Shown: positions 52,312 through 62,054, counted from the stretch's first letter. The stretch is DNA of 64,000 nucleotides from an uncultured Chloroflexia bacterium (GCA_963748625.1 CAVVJT010000010.1:256001-320000), one strand, 5' to 3'. The notes: generated from the letters alone by a model not told the origin. Numbers and translations are program-made.

Positions 52312-52821
52312 ATGACGAACGATGAGAGCCTTGTCTCCCTGCGCACCACGGGCGAGGACCACCACGCCCGCCTGATGCCGCACGTTGACAGGCTGCTCCT
52401 CCTCGCGGAGGCCGTTGGCCACGTGGACTGCCAGGCACTCCACGCCCTGTTCGACGAGGAGTACCGCTTCGTTGCGGGCCAGCTCGTGCCGCACATGGAC
52501 AGCGTGGAGACGTCTCTCTACGGGCGCCTGGAGGAGCTGATGGGCGGCCGCCACACGATGGGGCCGATGCGCGAGGAGCACGCCACGATCCGCGCGCTCG
52601 TCGAGGAGCTGGGCACGTACCGCTCGCATGCGAACGACTGCTCCTGGAGCGGTCCCGAGGGGATGGCCCTGCGTCGCGCGCTGTACCGGCTCCATGCACT
52701 GCTCAAGATCCACCTTGCCGAGGAGGAGCTGTACCTGGGCGTGCTGGACCGGAATCTGACGCCCGAGGAGAAGGACCGCCTGGCCCGGGGCCTCGACCAC
52801 GCGATGGCGGAACCGCTCTAG
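52312..52821 (+). CDS. Hemerythrin-like domain protein
   Basis: HHARL, PHMDSVE..LY, EEHATI, HLAEEE..YL. Confidence 0.85.
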   Translation: MTNDESLVSLRTTGEDHHARLMPHVDRLLLLAEAVGHVDCQALHALFDEEYRFVAGQLVPHMDSVETSLYGRLEELMGGRHTMGPMREEHATIRALVEELGTYRSHANDCSWSGPEGMALRRALYRLHALLKIHLAEEELYLGVLDRNLTPEEKDRLARGLDHAMAEPL

Positions 52822-53152
52822 TGTCCCGATTCGCTGGTCGCTGGCGGCGTGCGGACCGCCGCTCCGGGTCCTGGCGCCGTCCGGGTCCTGGCGCTGTCCG
52901 GCTGCGCGCCGGACGGCCACACGGTGCGGCCGGAGCGCTCGATGCGCGGCTGGTGCGCAGGTCGTGCCCTCGGGACCCTGGCGGAGCGCACGGGCGGAGC
53001 CCGGGGCGCACATCCCGCGACGTCACCGCTCCGTGTGCGCGCCGGGTGCGCACGGCAGCAGCCGTCGTGGGCGACGCCCGGTGATGCCGCCTCCGATCAG
53101 CGGCACGGGCACGGAGGGGTATCCGCCAGGCATTGGCGGCACGCGACACTAG
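52818..53152. mobile_element. 335-bp MITE-like element, copy 2, with terminal IRs CTAGTGTC[C/G]CG
   Basis: Left end CTAGTGTCCCG, right end CGCGACACTAG; homologous to 1268-1601; no credible coding capacity. Confidence 0.8.
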
Positions 53153-53345
53153 GCCCGGTGTCAGCCCCGCGGACCGTGCGCGGGACGTGTAGCAAACCTC
53201 GATTGGCAGCACGCCCACCGCACGGCGCATCACCCGGTGACCCACCGCGGAGTCAGCGAGCGCTGCACCGGGCATGCGGCTGGCGGCCGGCACTCGGCGT
53301 GCGACAGGGCGCCCGCCAGGACACCGGGTGCCCTGGGCCCTGCTG

Positions 53346-53831
53346 CTACCCGGCGACCGGGTGGGCCAGCGCCGCGGAGATCGCGTCCGTCATGTCGTCG
53401 TTCACGCCGTGGTCGATGAGGCGCAGGTAGGCCTCCTCCTCGGCCAGGTGGACCTTGAGCAGCGCGTACAGCTGGAACAGGACGCGCCGGATCGCGAGCG
53501 TCTTGCCCAGGGTGAGGTGGTCGCCCGCCTGGTCCACGAGCCGTCCGAAGTCCTTCGAGAGGCTGCGGATCGCATCGTGCTCGCGGCGCATGGGCGCCAT
53601 CGAGTGGCGGTTCTGGAACATGCGCTCGAGCTCAGGGTAGAGCGCGCGCTCGGCGGCATCGACGTGGGGCACGAGCGTCCCGTCGAGGAACGAGCGCATC
53701 TCCTTCACGCCGGCGTCGATGGCCGCCTTGTCGCTCCCGAGGAGCGAGTCGGCGACGGCCGGAATGCGGTCCACATTGACGAGCAGGCGCTCGTGGTGCT
53801 CGTGCGCGACCTGGGGCAGGCTCTGGCTCAT
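53346..53831 (-). CDS. Hemerythrin-like domain protein (paralog of 52312-52821)
   Basis: HEHHERL, PHVDAAE..LY, REHDAI, HLAEEE.YL; ATG overlaps the upstream stop. Confidence 0.85.
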   Translation of the reverse strand: MSQSLPQVAHEHHERLLVNVDRIPAVADSLLGSDKAAIDAGVKEMRSFLDGTLVPHVDAAERALYPELERMFQNRHSMAPMRREHDAIRSLSKDFGRLVDQAGDHLTLGKTLAIRRVLFQLYALLKVHLAEEEAYLRLIDHGVNDDMTDAISAALAHPVAG

Positions 53832-55044
53832 GACGAGACCTCCTTCCGGGAGAGGGCCACGAAGAACAGCGCCACGGGCCGGTACACGGCATGGGCGAGC
53901 TTCATGAACGGGGCGAGGAGCACCAGCTCCATCGCGGTGGCGACGTGGACCAGGAAGATCCAGTAGCCCCACATGGGCGCGCTGGGCAGGTACAGGGCGA
54001 GCTCGATGGCGAAGCCGGTCGCGGCCACCACCCAGAGGAGGGCCAGCAGCATCCAGTCGGCCACGGTCGAGGTCAGGACGGACCGGTTGGCGGCCCGGTA
54101 GCGGTCGATGATCAGCACGGTGGTGCCGTACAGGAGCACGGCGCCGGCGACGGTGCCCAACAGGCGGACCGGGTACCAGAGAGGCACCGGGGTGCCGGTC
54201 TCCTTGATCCCCAGCAGCGCCAGGCCGTAGTCCAGGCCGGTGGCCGCGAGCAGGCCCAGGAAGCCCCACACGACCATCATGTGCACGAGCGCACGACGGC
54301 GGTACCACGGGACTGCGAGCGAGGCTCGGGGTCGGCTGCGCACTCCTTGCGGAACACGGCCTGGCCGAGCGACTCGCGGCCGATCGAGGCCCACAGCGCG
54401 CTCCCCGTGCGTCCCAGGGCGGCCCGCGAGCCGAGGACGGACGACCACGTCACGCCCTCACGGCGGCCGATCGCGCGGGCCATGGACGCGACGCCCACGA
54501 GCCCCGCGAGCACCACGAGGATCATCACGACGATGCCCATGTTGTGGATGATCTCGGCCGGGATCCACTCGAAGATGGCGAGGGTCTCGCCGTCCATGGG
54601 TCCGCGGGCCGCATACATGAACGCCGCGAAGAACAGCGCGAGAACCACGGCGATGATCGTGGCCACGATGGGCTGGGTGTACATCGCCCGGGCGAGCCGG
54701 GTCTTGTCGTACTGCCCGATCGCGTAGCGGCGCGTGGCCGCCATGAACTCGGACGGGTCGGCCTTGGTGGGGCAGGACTCGGAGCACTCGCCGCACTGGT
54801 AGCAGGCCCAGAGCTCCTTGGAACCCAGCAGCGCGTCCTTCATGCCCACCTGGGCGTAGCGGATGATGCGGCGCGGGAACGTCCCGTCGGTCTGCGCGAG
54901 CGGGCACGTGGCGGTGCAGGTGCCGCACGAGAAGCAGGCCGACACGTCGGCCGCGCCGTACTTGAGGATCTCCGGGTAGAGACCCATGTCCACGGGTGTG
55001 GCAGTGGTCGCCGGGGCGCCGGCGGGAGCAGTGGTCGCGGTCAT
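53828..55044 (-). CDS. QmoC/HdrC-like 2x[4Fe-4S] membrane protein with heme-b TM domain (frameshift near 54326)
   Basis: CFSCGTCTATCP, CYQCGECSESCP; TM histidines VHMMVVWGF, LVHV, KLAHAVYRP; split across two ORFs. Confidence 0.85.
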
Positions 55045-55289
55045 CAGGACACCCGCCCGGTGGGCTCGTACTGGAAGTAGCCGTCGGCGTCGGAGCCCTT
55101 GATCTCGGCCAGCCACCCGTAGCGGCGCAGGCCCATGACCCAGAACACGGTCTCGTGGGTGGGGGCGCCGATGGCCTCGGCGATCTGGGGGACGGTCAGC
55201 GGGCCGCCGGCGAGGGCGGCGAGGATCCGGGGGCGCATGACGGGCTCCTCCCGGATCACCTCGCGGGGATCACGGTTGAGGGTGGACAT
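55044..55289 (-). CDS. Small winged-helix protein in the Hdr operon
   Basis: ILAALAGGPLTVPQIAEAIG...WVMGLRRYG...DGYFQY; overlapping start and stop codons with its neighbours. Confidence 0.75.
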   Translation of the reverse strand: MSTLNRDPREVIREEPVMRPRILAALAGGPLTVPQIAEAIGAPTHETVFWVMGLRRYGWLAEIKGSDADGYFQYEPTGRVS

Positions 55290-57061
55290 CAGACGGGCAC
55301 CTCAGCCAGGCTCTCGATCATCGCGGTGACTTGGGCGTCGGTGTAGCCCAGGAGGTCGATGGCGTTCTCGGGACAGATGGGGATGCAGCCTCCGCAGCCC
55401 TTGCAGCTGGTGGGGCTGATGACCGCGAAGTGGCGGTCCCCCTCCTCGGCCATGGAGATCGCGTCGTACGGGCAGGCCGTGAGGCAGTCGCCGCAGGCCG
55501 TGCACGTGTCGGGTTCCACGATCGCGACCAGCGGGTCGAGCTCCGTGAAGCCCTTCTTGAGGATCGCCGCACTCTGGGTGACCGCGGCCAGCGCCTGGAT
55601 CACCGACTCGGACGAGGTCTTGGGGCCCTGGCAGGCGCCGGCGATGAGCACGCCGTCCACCACGGTCTCCACGGGCCGGAGCTTCGGATGGATCTCGTTG
55701 AAGAACCCGTCGGCGCCCTTCGGCAGCTTGAGCACGTCGATCAGTGGCTGGTTCTCGCGCGGGACCATGCCCGTCACGAGCACCACCAGGTCCACCGGGA
55801 TCGCGAGCTCGGTACGCTCGGTGAGGAGGTCGCGGACGGTGACGGTCAGCCCGCCGCCGGCCCGCTCGGCCACCACCGGCGGCTCGTCGTTGTCGAACTT
55901 GAGGAAGACGGAGCCGAGATCGCGCGCCTCGGTGTAGAGCGGCTCGAACTTGCCGTACGTGCGCATGTCCCGGTAGAGGTGGAACTGGCGGATGGACGCG
56001 TCCAGCCCGGCGACCTGCACGGCCGTCTGCACGGTGGACGCACAGCAGAACCGCGCGCAGTACCCGTTGGAGCAGCCGGCGGTGTTGCGGCTGCCGACGC
56101 AGTACACGTAGGCCACGCTCCGGACCGGTCTCCCCTCCCAGGCCAGGCGGCCGCCGGCCGCGCCGTCCACGAGGCTCTTGAACTGCGACAGGCTGACGAC
56201 GCCGGGAAGGCCGAAGCCCAGCTCGCCGTCCCCGGGGGTGTACTCGTCGAAGCCCGTGGCCACGATGACCGAGCCGACGGCCACCTCGATGGTGCCCGCG
56301 CCCTCGCCGCCCACGCGGACGGTCATCCGGTAGTTGCCGAACGAGCCGGCCTTGCCCACGACCTCGGCGCCGGTGAGCACCGTGATCGACGGTCGGGCCT
56401 TCACCTTGGCCACGAGGTCGGCGATGAGCTCGCGCCCCTGGCGCCCCTGGGGGTACATGGTGCCGAAGTCACGGACCCAGCCCCCGAGCACCAGCTCGCG
56501 CTCGACCAGGGTGACCGCGAGGCCGATGTCGGCGAGGCCGACCGCGGCCCGGAGGCCCGCGATGCCGCCGCCGATGACCAGGGTGTGCGGGATCGTGTCC
56601 ACGACCATCGGGTCGAGCGGCACGGTGTTGCGCGTGCGCCCGATCCCCGCCTTGACGAGGGCGGTCGCCTTGGCCGTGGCTCCCTCGTGGTCGTCGGTGT
56701 GGACCCACGAGCACTGCTCGCGGATGTTGACCTGGGTGTACTCGTAGGGGTTCAGGCCGGCCCGCGCCGCCACGCCGCGGAACGTGTAGGTGTGGAGCTT
56801 GGGCGAGCACGAGGCGACGACGAGACCGTCGAGACCCTGGGCCCGGATGTCGGCCTCGATCTCCTGCTGGGAGGCGTCGGAGCAGGCGAACATCGTGGTC
56901 TTCGACACGACGACGTCGCCCGAGTCCCGGATGTCCTCGATGACCTTCTCGACATCGACGTAGTCGCTGATGTTGCCGCCGCAGTGGCACACGTACACGC
57001 CGATCCGGCGCTGTCCGTCCTCGCCCGCCTCGTCGACGGGGGTGAGGGTCACGTCGCTCAT
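55289..57061 (-). CDS. hdrA: HdrA-like flavoprotein (heterodisulfide reductase subunit A family)
   Basis: VYVCHCGGNI, ASCSP, NIREQCSWVH, GGGIAG, CVGSR..CARFCC, HPKLRPVE, C-terminal ferredoxin. Confidence 0.9.
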   Translation of the reverse strand: MSDVTLTPVDEAGEDGQRRIGVYVCHCGGNISDYVDVEKVIEDIRDSGDVVVSKTTMFACSDASQQEIEADIRAQGLDGLVVASCSPKLHTYTFRGVAARAGLNPYEYTQVNIREQCSWVHTDDHEGATAKATALVKAGIGRTRNTVPLDPMVVDTIPHTLVIGGGIAGLRAAVGLADIGLAVTLVERELVLGGWVRDFGTMYPQGRQGRELIADLVAKVKARPSITVLTGAEVVGKAGSFGNYRMTVRVGGEGAGTIEVAVGSVIVATGFDEYTPGDGELGFGLPGVVSLSQFKSLVDGAAGGRLAWEGRPVRSVAYVYCVGSRNTAGCSNGYCARFCCASTVQTAVQVAGLDASIRQFHLYRDMRTYGKFEPLYTEARDLGSVFLKFDNDEPPVVAERAGGGLTVTVRDLLTERTELAIPVDLVVLVTGMVPRENQPLIDVLKLPKGADGFFNEIHPKLRPVETVVDGVLIAGACQGPKTSSESVIQALAAVTQSAAILKKGFTELDPLVAIVEPDTCTACGDCLTACPYDAISMAEEGDRHFAVISPTSCKGCGGCIPICPENAIDLLGYTDAQVTAMIESLAEVPV

Positions 57062-59847
57062 GCCGGCACCATCACGATCTGGGGCAGTGCGGTCTTCGTG
57101 CGCTCGAGGTGCGCGGCGACCTGGGAGGCCGCGGCGCCCGCGTGGACGATGGAGTCCGCGATGTCCTTGGCGCCCGACGCGGCACCAGCCACGAAGACGC
57201 CAGGGATGCTCGTCGCACCCGGGTTGACGTCCTCCTCTGGTTCCGCGACGTACTGCCACTCGTCCACGGCGAGCTCGCCCACGTTGAACAGGCGCTCCGC
57301 GTCATGGTTGGGCTGGACACCGACTGCGAGCACGACCAGGTCGTACTCGGCCTTGGTGACCGCCCCGCTGTTCTCGATGTCCTCGTAGGTGAGGACAAGG
57401 TCACCGTTCGGCTGCTCGGTGACAGCCGCGACACGACCCTTGATGTAGGTGGCGCCCATGGCCTTGGCCTGCTCGTAGAACTCGTCGTACCGCTTGCCTG
57501 GGGCCCGGATGTCCATGTAATGGACGGTGATCTCGGCCACGGGCAGGGCGCCCATGAGCAGCTGGTTCTGCTTGATGGAGTACATGCAGCAGAACCGCGA
57601 GCAGAGCGGGTTGCCCACCTGCTCGTCACGGGAGCCCGTGCACAGGATGTACGCGATCCGGTCCGGGACCTTGCCGTCCCCGGGGCGCAGGATCGTGTTG
57701 AACGGCCGCGTCGGCGCCAGGAGGCGGTCCATCTGCATGCCGGTGATGACGTTCTTGTAGGCGCCGTAGCCGTACTCGGGCTTGAGGTCGGCCGGGAAGA
57801 GCTTGAAGCCGGTGGACACCACGACCGAGCCCACCCGCAACTGGAGCTGCTCATCGCGGGCGCGGAGGTCGATGCAGCCGTCCACGGGACACGCGTGCAC
57901 GCACTCGTTGCACTCCGCGCACGTGGCGCAGTCGATGCAGCGGCCGGATGAGCGCCGGGCCTCCGCCTCCGTGAGCGGCGCCTCGATCTCGTGGAAGTCC
58001 GCGGGGTCCGGCTGGAGATCCATGCCGTCGGGCGTGGGCGCCGTGAAGGCGTACGAGGTCTGGCGCGCCAGCACCTGGGCCTTGTCCACCACCGGCAGGC
58101 GGTCGTCCCAGTCGCCGAACTCCCGGCCGTTGAGCCAGGCGTCGATCTGGTGGGCGGCCTTGCGCCCCTCCCCCACCGCCCGGGTGATGTCGGTGGGGCC
58201 GTTGACAGCGTCGCCGGCGGCGAACACGTGCGCGGCAGCGGTCTGGCAGGTCGCCTTGTCGGCGTCGAGCCGGCCGTTCTTGAGGACGGCCATCCGGCTG
58301 CCGAACATGCTGGTGTCGGCGGTCATGCCGATCGCGGCGATGATCACGTCGGCATCCAGGGTGGCGAACTTGCCGGGGACCGGGATCGCCTGGCGACGGC
58401 CCGATGCGTCGGGGTCGCTCAGCTGCATCTCGGCACAGCGCAGGCCCGCGACGGAGCCGTCTGCCTTGCCCATGACCTCGACCGGGGCGACGAGGAGGCG
58501 GAAGCGCACGCCCTCCTTCTCCGCATCGACCGACTCGACATGGTGGGCGGGCATCTCGGCCCGGGTCCGGCGGTAGGCCACGGTGACCGATGCAGCGCCC
58601 AGCCGCCGGGCGACCCGGGCGGCGTCCATCGCGACGTTGCCGCCACCCACGACGATGACCCGCTTGCCGGCCAGGTCCATCTGCTCGCCGAGGTTGACCT
58701 TGCGCAGGAACCCCGTGGCGCCCATCACGCCCAGGCGGTCCTCGCCCGGGACGCCCAGCGCGCTGTCGCGATGGGTGCCGGTGGCGACCAGGACCGCGTC
58801 GAAGCCATCGTCCTTGAGGGCGGCCGGATCGTCCACGCGGGTGCTGGTGACGATCTCGACGCCCAGGCCGGTCACGTTCTCGATGTCCCGCTCGACGACG
58901 GCGTCGGGCAGGCGGTAGGACGGGATGCCCAGGCGCAGGAACCCGCCCGCGACCGGTGCCGCCTCATGGACCTTGACCGCGTAGCCGAGCTTCGCGAGCT
59001 GCCAGGCAGCGGTGAGGCCGGTGGGCCCGGAGCCGACGATCGCGACGCGCTTGCCATTGGCGGCCGGGCGCTCGACGCCGTTGTCCGCGCCGGAGGCGTC
59101 GTGCTGGTCCGACGCGAAGCGCTTGATGCGCCGGATGGGCAGCGTGCCCTCGACCGAGCCGCGCGTGCACTCGCCCTCACAGGGGGCGTAGCAGGCGCGC
59201 CCGAGCGTGCCGACCAGCGGCGTCGCCTCGAGGACCAGCCGGAAGGCCTCCTCGTCGAGGCCGCTGCGGACCAGGCTCACGTAGCCGTGGGCGTTGATGC
59301 CGGCCGGGCAGGCGAACGAGCAGGGAGAGCTGCCCTGGCGGTCGATGACCGCCTTCTTCGGGACGGCCTGGGGGAACGTGATGTGGGCCGCGCGCCGGGC
59401 GACCAGGTCCGCATTGAACTGGTCGGGCACCGCGACCGTGCAGGCGGTCTCGCACTTCTGGCAGCCGGTGCACGAGTCGATGTCCACGAACCGCGCCTGC
59501 TTGGTCACAGTCGCGGTGAAGGTCCCGTCAGCCAGGGTCTTGATCTGGTCCACGTGGCTGTACGTGAGCGGCGTGATGTTCGGGTGGTGGATCGAGGACG
59601 CCATCTTGGGCGTCGAGATGCAGGAAGCGCAGTCAAGCGTGGGGAAGACCTTGGACAGCAGGATCATCTTCCCGCCGACGCTGGCCTCCTTCTCCACCAG
59701 CAGGACCTTGTAGCCCATGTCGCCGAGCTTGAGGGCGGATTCCATGCCGCCGATGCCGGCCCCGACCACGAGCACGTCGTAGTCGAGCGCGGCGGGAGCC
59801 TCGGGCAGGGTCGCGCAGGTGGCGATCGGATCGAGCGTGTCGGTCAT
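57058..59847 (-). CDS. HdrL-type protein (HdrA with an inserted GltD-like NAD(P)H-binding module)
   Basis: GAGIGG, FPTLDCASCI, CTGCQKCETAC; insert SPCSFACPAG..GRAC..GSGPTG..GGGNVAMD; then CTGSRD..CSRFCCMY. Confidence 0.9.
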   Translation of the reverse strand: MTDTLDPIATCATLPEAPAALDYDVLVVGAGIGGMESALKLGDMGYKVLLVEKEASVGGKMILLSKVFPTLDCASCISTPKMASSIHHPNITPLTYSHVDQIKTLADGTFTATVTKQARFVDIDSCTGCQKCETACTVAVPDQFNADLVARRAAHITFPQAVPKKAVIDRQGSSPCSFACPAGINAHGYVSLVRSGLDEEAFRLVLEATPLVGTLGRACYAPCEGECTRGSVEGTLPIRRIKRFASDQHDASGADNGVERPAANGKRVAIVGSGPTGLTAAWQLAKLGYAVKVHEAAPVAGGFLRLGIPSYRLPDAVVERDIENVTGLGVEIVTSTRVDDPAALKDDGFDAVLVATGTHRDSALGVPGEDRLGVMGATGFLRKVNLGEQMDLAGKRVIVVGGGNVAMDAARVARRLGAASVTVAYRRTRAEMPAHHVESVDAEKEGVRFRLLVAPVEVMGKADGSVAGLRCAEMQLSDPDASGRRQAIPVPGKFATLDADVIIAAIGMTADTSMFGSRMAVLKNGRLDADKATCQTAAAHVFAAGDAVNGPTDITRAVGEGRKAAHQIDAWLNGREFGDWDDRLPVVDKAQVLARQTSYAFTAPTPDGMDLQPDPADFHEIEAPLTEAEARRSSGRCIDCATCAECNECVHACPVDGCIDLRARDEQLQLRVGSVVVSTGFKLFPADLKPEYGYGAYKNVITGMQMDRLLAPTRPFNTILRPGDGKVPDRIAYILCTGSRDEQVGNPLCSRFCCMYSIKQNQLLMGALPVAEITVHYMDIRAPGKRYDEFYEQAKAMGATYIKGRVAAVTEQPNGDLVLTYEDIENSGAVTKAEYDLVVLAVGVQPNHDAERLFNVGELAVDEWQYVAEPEEDVNPGATSIPGVFVAGAASGAKDIADSIVHAGAAASQVAAHLERTKTALPQIVMVPA

Positions 59848-60320
59848 GCCTGGGGCTCCTGGACGTCCTTGGGCTTCGCCGGGCCCATCGCGACCAGCGC
59901 CGCGGAGAAGGTGTTCATGTGCTTGGTGAAGGGTTCGGCGCAGACCGAGCAGATCGCCGCGACCCGGACTCGGCTCGCGTCCATCCCGCGCTCCTTGAGC
60001 GCCTTCTGGGCCGTCTGGACGACCTTGTTCGACCGCTTCGCGCAGTCGTGGAGGTAGGAGCACTCCTCGCCGTCGGTGGCGACGAACACACCATCGAACC
60101 CGGAGTCGAGCGCATGCAGGATCCAGGACGGGCGGATGCCGCTCGTGCACGGGAGCCCGATGACGTTCACGCCGGGCGAGTAGTGGAAGTGCGCCGACCC
60201 GGCCAGGTCGATGCCGGGATCGGAGATGGTGTTCGTCGAGAACACGAGGATCCGCGGGACGAAGGTCCCGGCGGAGCCTGCCGGCTCGGCGGCGACGGGT
60301 GCGGTCATCGGTGCGCTCAC
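59844..60320 (-). CDS. mvhD: MvhD/FlpD-like hydrogenase iron-sulfur subunit (variant Cys pattern)
   Basis: PRILVF...DLAG..HY, LPCTSGIRP, GFDGVF, ECSY, ICSVC. Confidence 0.85.
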   Translation of the reverse strand: MSAPMTAPVAAEPAGSAGTFVPRILVFSTNTISDPGIDLAGSAHFHYSPGVNVIGLPCTSGIRPSWILHALDSGFDGVFVATDGEECSYLHDCAKRSNKVVQTAQKALKERGMDASRVRVAAICSVCAEPFTKHMNTFSAALVAMGPAKPKDVQEPQA

Positions 60321-60392
60321 TGGTGGTGGGAGGGGGCCATCGCGACGCTCCCCGAGGAGGGCGCCGCGACGGCCCGAGGGATGGATTCCGGG

Positions 60393-60653
60393 TTACTTGC
60401 CCTTGACCACGAAGACGCGGTCGTAGCCGTCGGACTCGAGGACGCCCAGGAAGTTGTGGCCGACCTTGGCGGACCAGGCGCTGATGTCGGCCTTGGTGCC
60501 CGGGTCCGTGGACCAGATCTCGATGGTGGTGCCGACCGGGACGCCGGCCATGCCCTTCTTGGCCTCGAGGAGGGGGCCGGGGCAGGCGGTGCCGCGGGCG
60601 TCCACGATGGTGGCGTCGGCGATGGTCTCGAGCTCTTCGATGGTTGCGGTCAT
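60393..60653 (-). CDS. tusA: TusA-family sulfur carrier
   Basis: DARGTACPGP, STDPGT..DI..W; GGAGGA RBS. Confidence 0.92.
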   Translation of the reverse strand: MTATIEELETIADATIVDARGTACPGPLLEAKKGMAGVPVGTTIEIWSTDPGTKADISAWSAKVGHNFLGVLESDGYDRVFVVKGK

Positions 60654-60704
60654 GGGATCGGTTCCTCCAGGGAAGTCAGGGTGTGATTGGCTGCGGTGCA
60701 CGCA

Positions 60705-61112
60705 CTAGATGAAGACGAGCTGGCCCTCTTCGGCGAGCATCAGGAAGGTGGCGATGCCCCCCTCCGAGTCGATGATGGGATCCAGCTCGGAGAGCGGGAT
60801 CCCCAAGACGTCCATCGAGCCGGTGCAGGCGAGGATGCGCACCTCGCCCAGCTCCTTGGCCATCCGGAGCGACTCGAGCCAGTTGATGGACCGGGTGCCG
60901 CCGACGGGGCGGTTGGTGCCGACCACGGTGGCATCCCATGCGAGTCCCAGGTCCTGCTCGATCCGCTCGGTCCGGAACGCGTCGAGGGCCCAGTACTGGA
61001 CCAGGATGTTGACCGGCCGGTCCATGGCGGCAGCTCCGGCCGCGAGTGTCGCGGCCGCGTGCAGCTTGTCCGCGGTACCGGAGAACAGGACCATGTTGAG
61101 GGTGTCGCTCAT
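60705..61112 (-). CDS. DsrE/DsrF/DrsH-like sulfurtransferase
   Basis: LFSGTADK, ILACTGSMD, GIATFL...LVFI. Confidence 0.85.
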   Translation of the reverse strand: MSDTLNMVLFSGTADKLHAAATLAAGAAAMDRPVNILVQYWALDAFRTERIEQDLGLAWDATVVGTNRPVGGTRSINWLESLRMAKELGEVRILACTGSMDVLGIPLSELDPIIDSEGGIATFLMLAEEGQLVFI

Positions 61113-61537
61113 CGAGGGGTCACCTGATTGGCGCCGGTGACAGCCGGCATCGGGGTGGTAGGGATGGGGGTTCCCAGCGGGGTGGTGAACCCGGGTGCTT
61201 CGCGGTCACCGGCGGCCGCGGCCAGGCTGCCCATGGCGGAGAGCCTCCGGACGATCACGTCCCGCATCAGCGCGCAGGCCGCGAGGATCTCGGGGTCGGC
61301 CAGCCGGTAGCGGATCGCGCGGCCGTCCCTCGTGGCGTCCACGAGGCCTGCGGCCCGCATCGCGGCCAGGTTCTGGGACACGGCCGCCTGCGGCAGGTCG
61401 AGTGCGGCGCACAGCTCGCGGACCTCCATCGGCCGCACGCCCAGCAGGTGGACCATGCGCAGCCTGTGGCGTCCGGCGAGCGCGCGGATCAGCTCGATCT
61501 GGATGCGGTCGATCTCGGCGGTCGCGTCGTCATACAT
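61109..61537 (-). CDS. ArsR/SmtB-family transcriptional repressor
   Basis: ALAGRHRLRMVHLL, VSQNLAAMRAAGLV..RDGRAIRYRL; two Cys (ELC, AAC). Confidence 0.92.
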   Translation of the reverse strand: MYDDATAEIDRIQIELIRALAGRHRLRMVHLLGVRPMEVRELCAALDLPQAAVSQNLAAMRAAGLVDATRDGRAIRYRLADPEILAACALMRDVIVRRLSAMGSLAAAAGDREAPGFTTPLGTPIPTTPMPAVTGANQVTPR

Positions 61538-61549
61538 GATGTGACTATG

Positions 61550-61568
61550 TATATGCGTTTAGCATATA
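61550..61568. promoter_or_regulatory. AT-rich inverted repeat, probable ArsR operator
   Basis: TATATGC-GTTTA-GCATATA just upstream of the ArsR ATG, in a very GC-rich background. Confidence 0.7.
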
Positions 61569-61878
61569 TAAGGCGTGCGACAGTTGTCACGAGATTCGGG
61601 TGCCGTTGGGGGCGGGAAAGAGCGGGACCTTCGTCCCGGGCCAGGGGCCGGGAGCCCGCGGCGCCGAGCGCGGGGTCCACAGGTCTGGTGGGCCCTGGTG
61701 GGGGGCGGCCGGGCTCTGCGAGTGCGCGGTCGGGCGCCCGTGGGGCGACCCGGCCCCCGCGTGCAAGCGGACCGGCGCGCGTGGGGCGACCCGGTCCACG
61801 TATCGCGCAGTCCGGCCCCCTTCTCGCGCGGTCCGGCCCCCGTTACGCGCAGTCCGGCCGACGGTTCGCCCATTCCAG

Positions 61879-61985
61879 CCCACGTGGGGGGCGAATCCGG
61901 ACGGCTCACGCACGAACTGCGGGCCAAACCCCGACATTCGCACCCGCGGCACGCTCGGCGCGGCACGAAACGCCCCCCACGTGGG
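61879..61985. repeat. ~107-bp palindromic element with adjacent ~21-bp tandem repeats (~61790-61860)
   Basis: Arms CCCACGTGGGGGGCG / CGCCCCCCACGTGGG; homologous to 24097-24202. Confidence 0.7.
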
Positions 61986-62054
61986 CCAAGGCGCATCGGT
62001 GGGCGGATCAGGCGACGCGCGACAGGCCCCTGCGGGCGTGGACGTCTCCGGATG

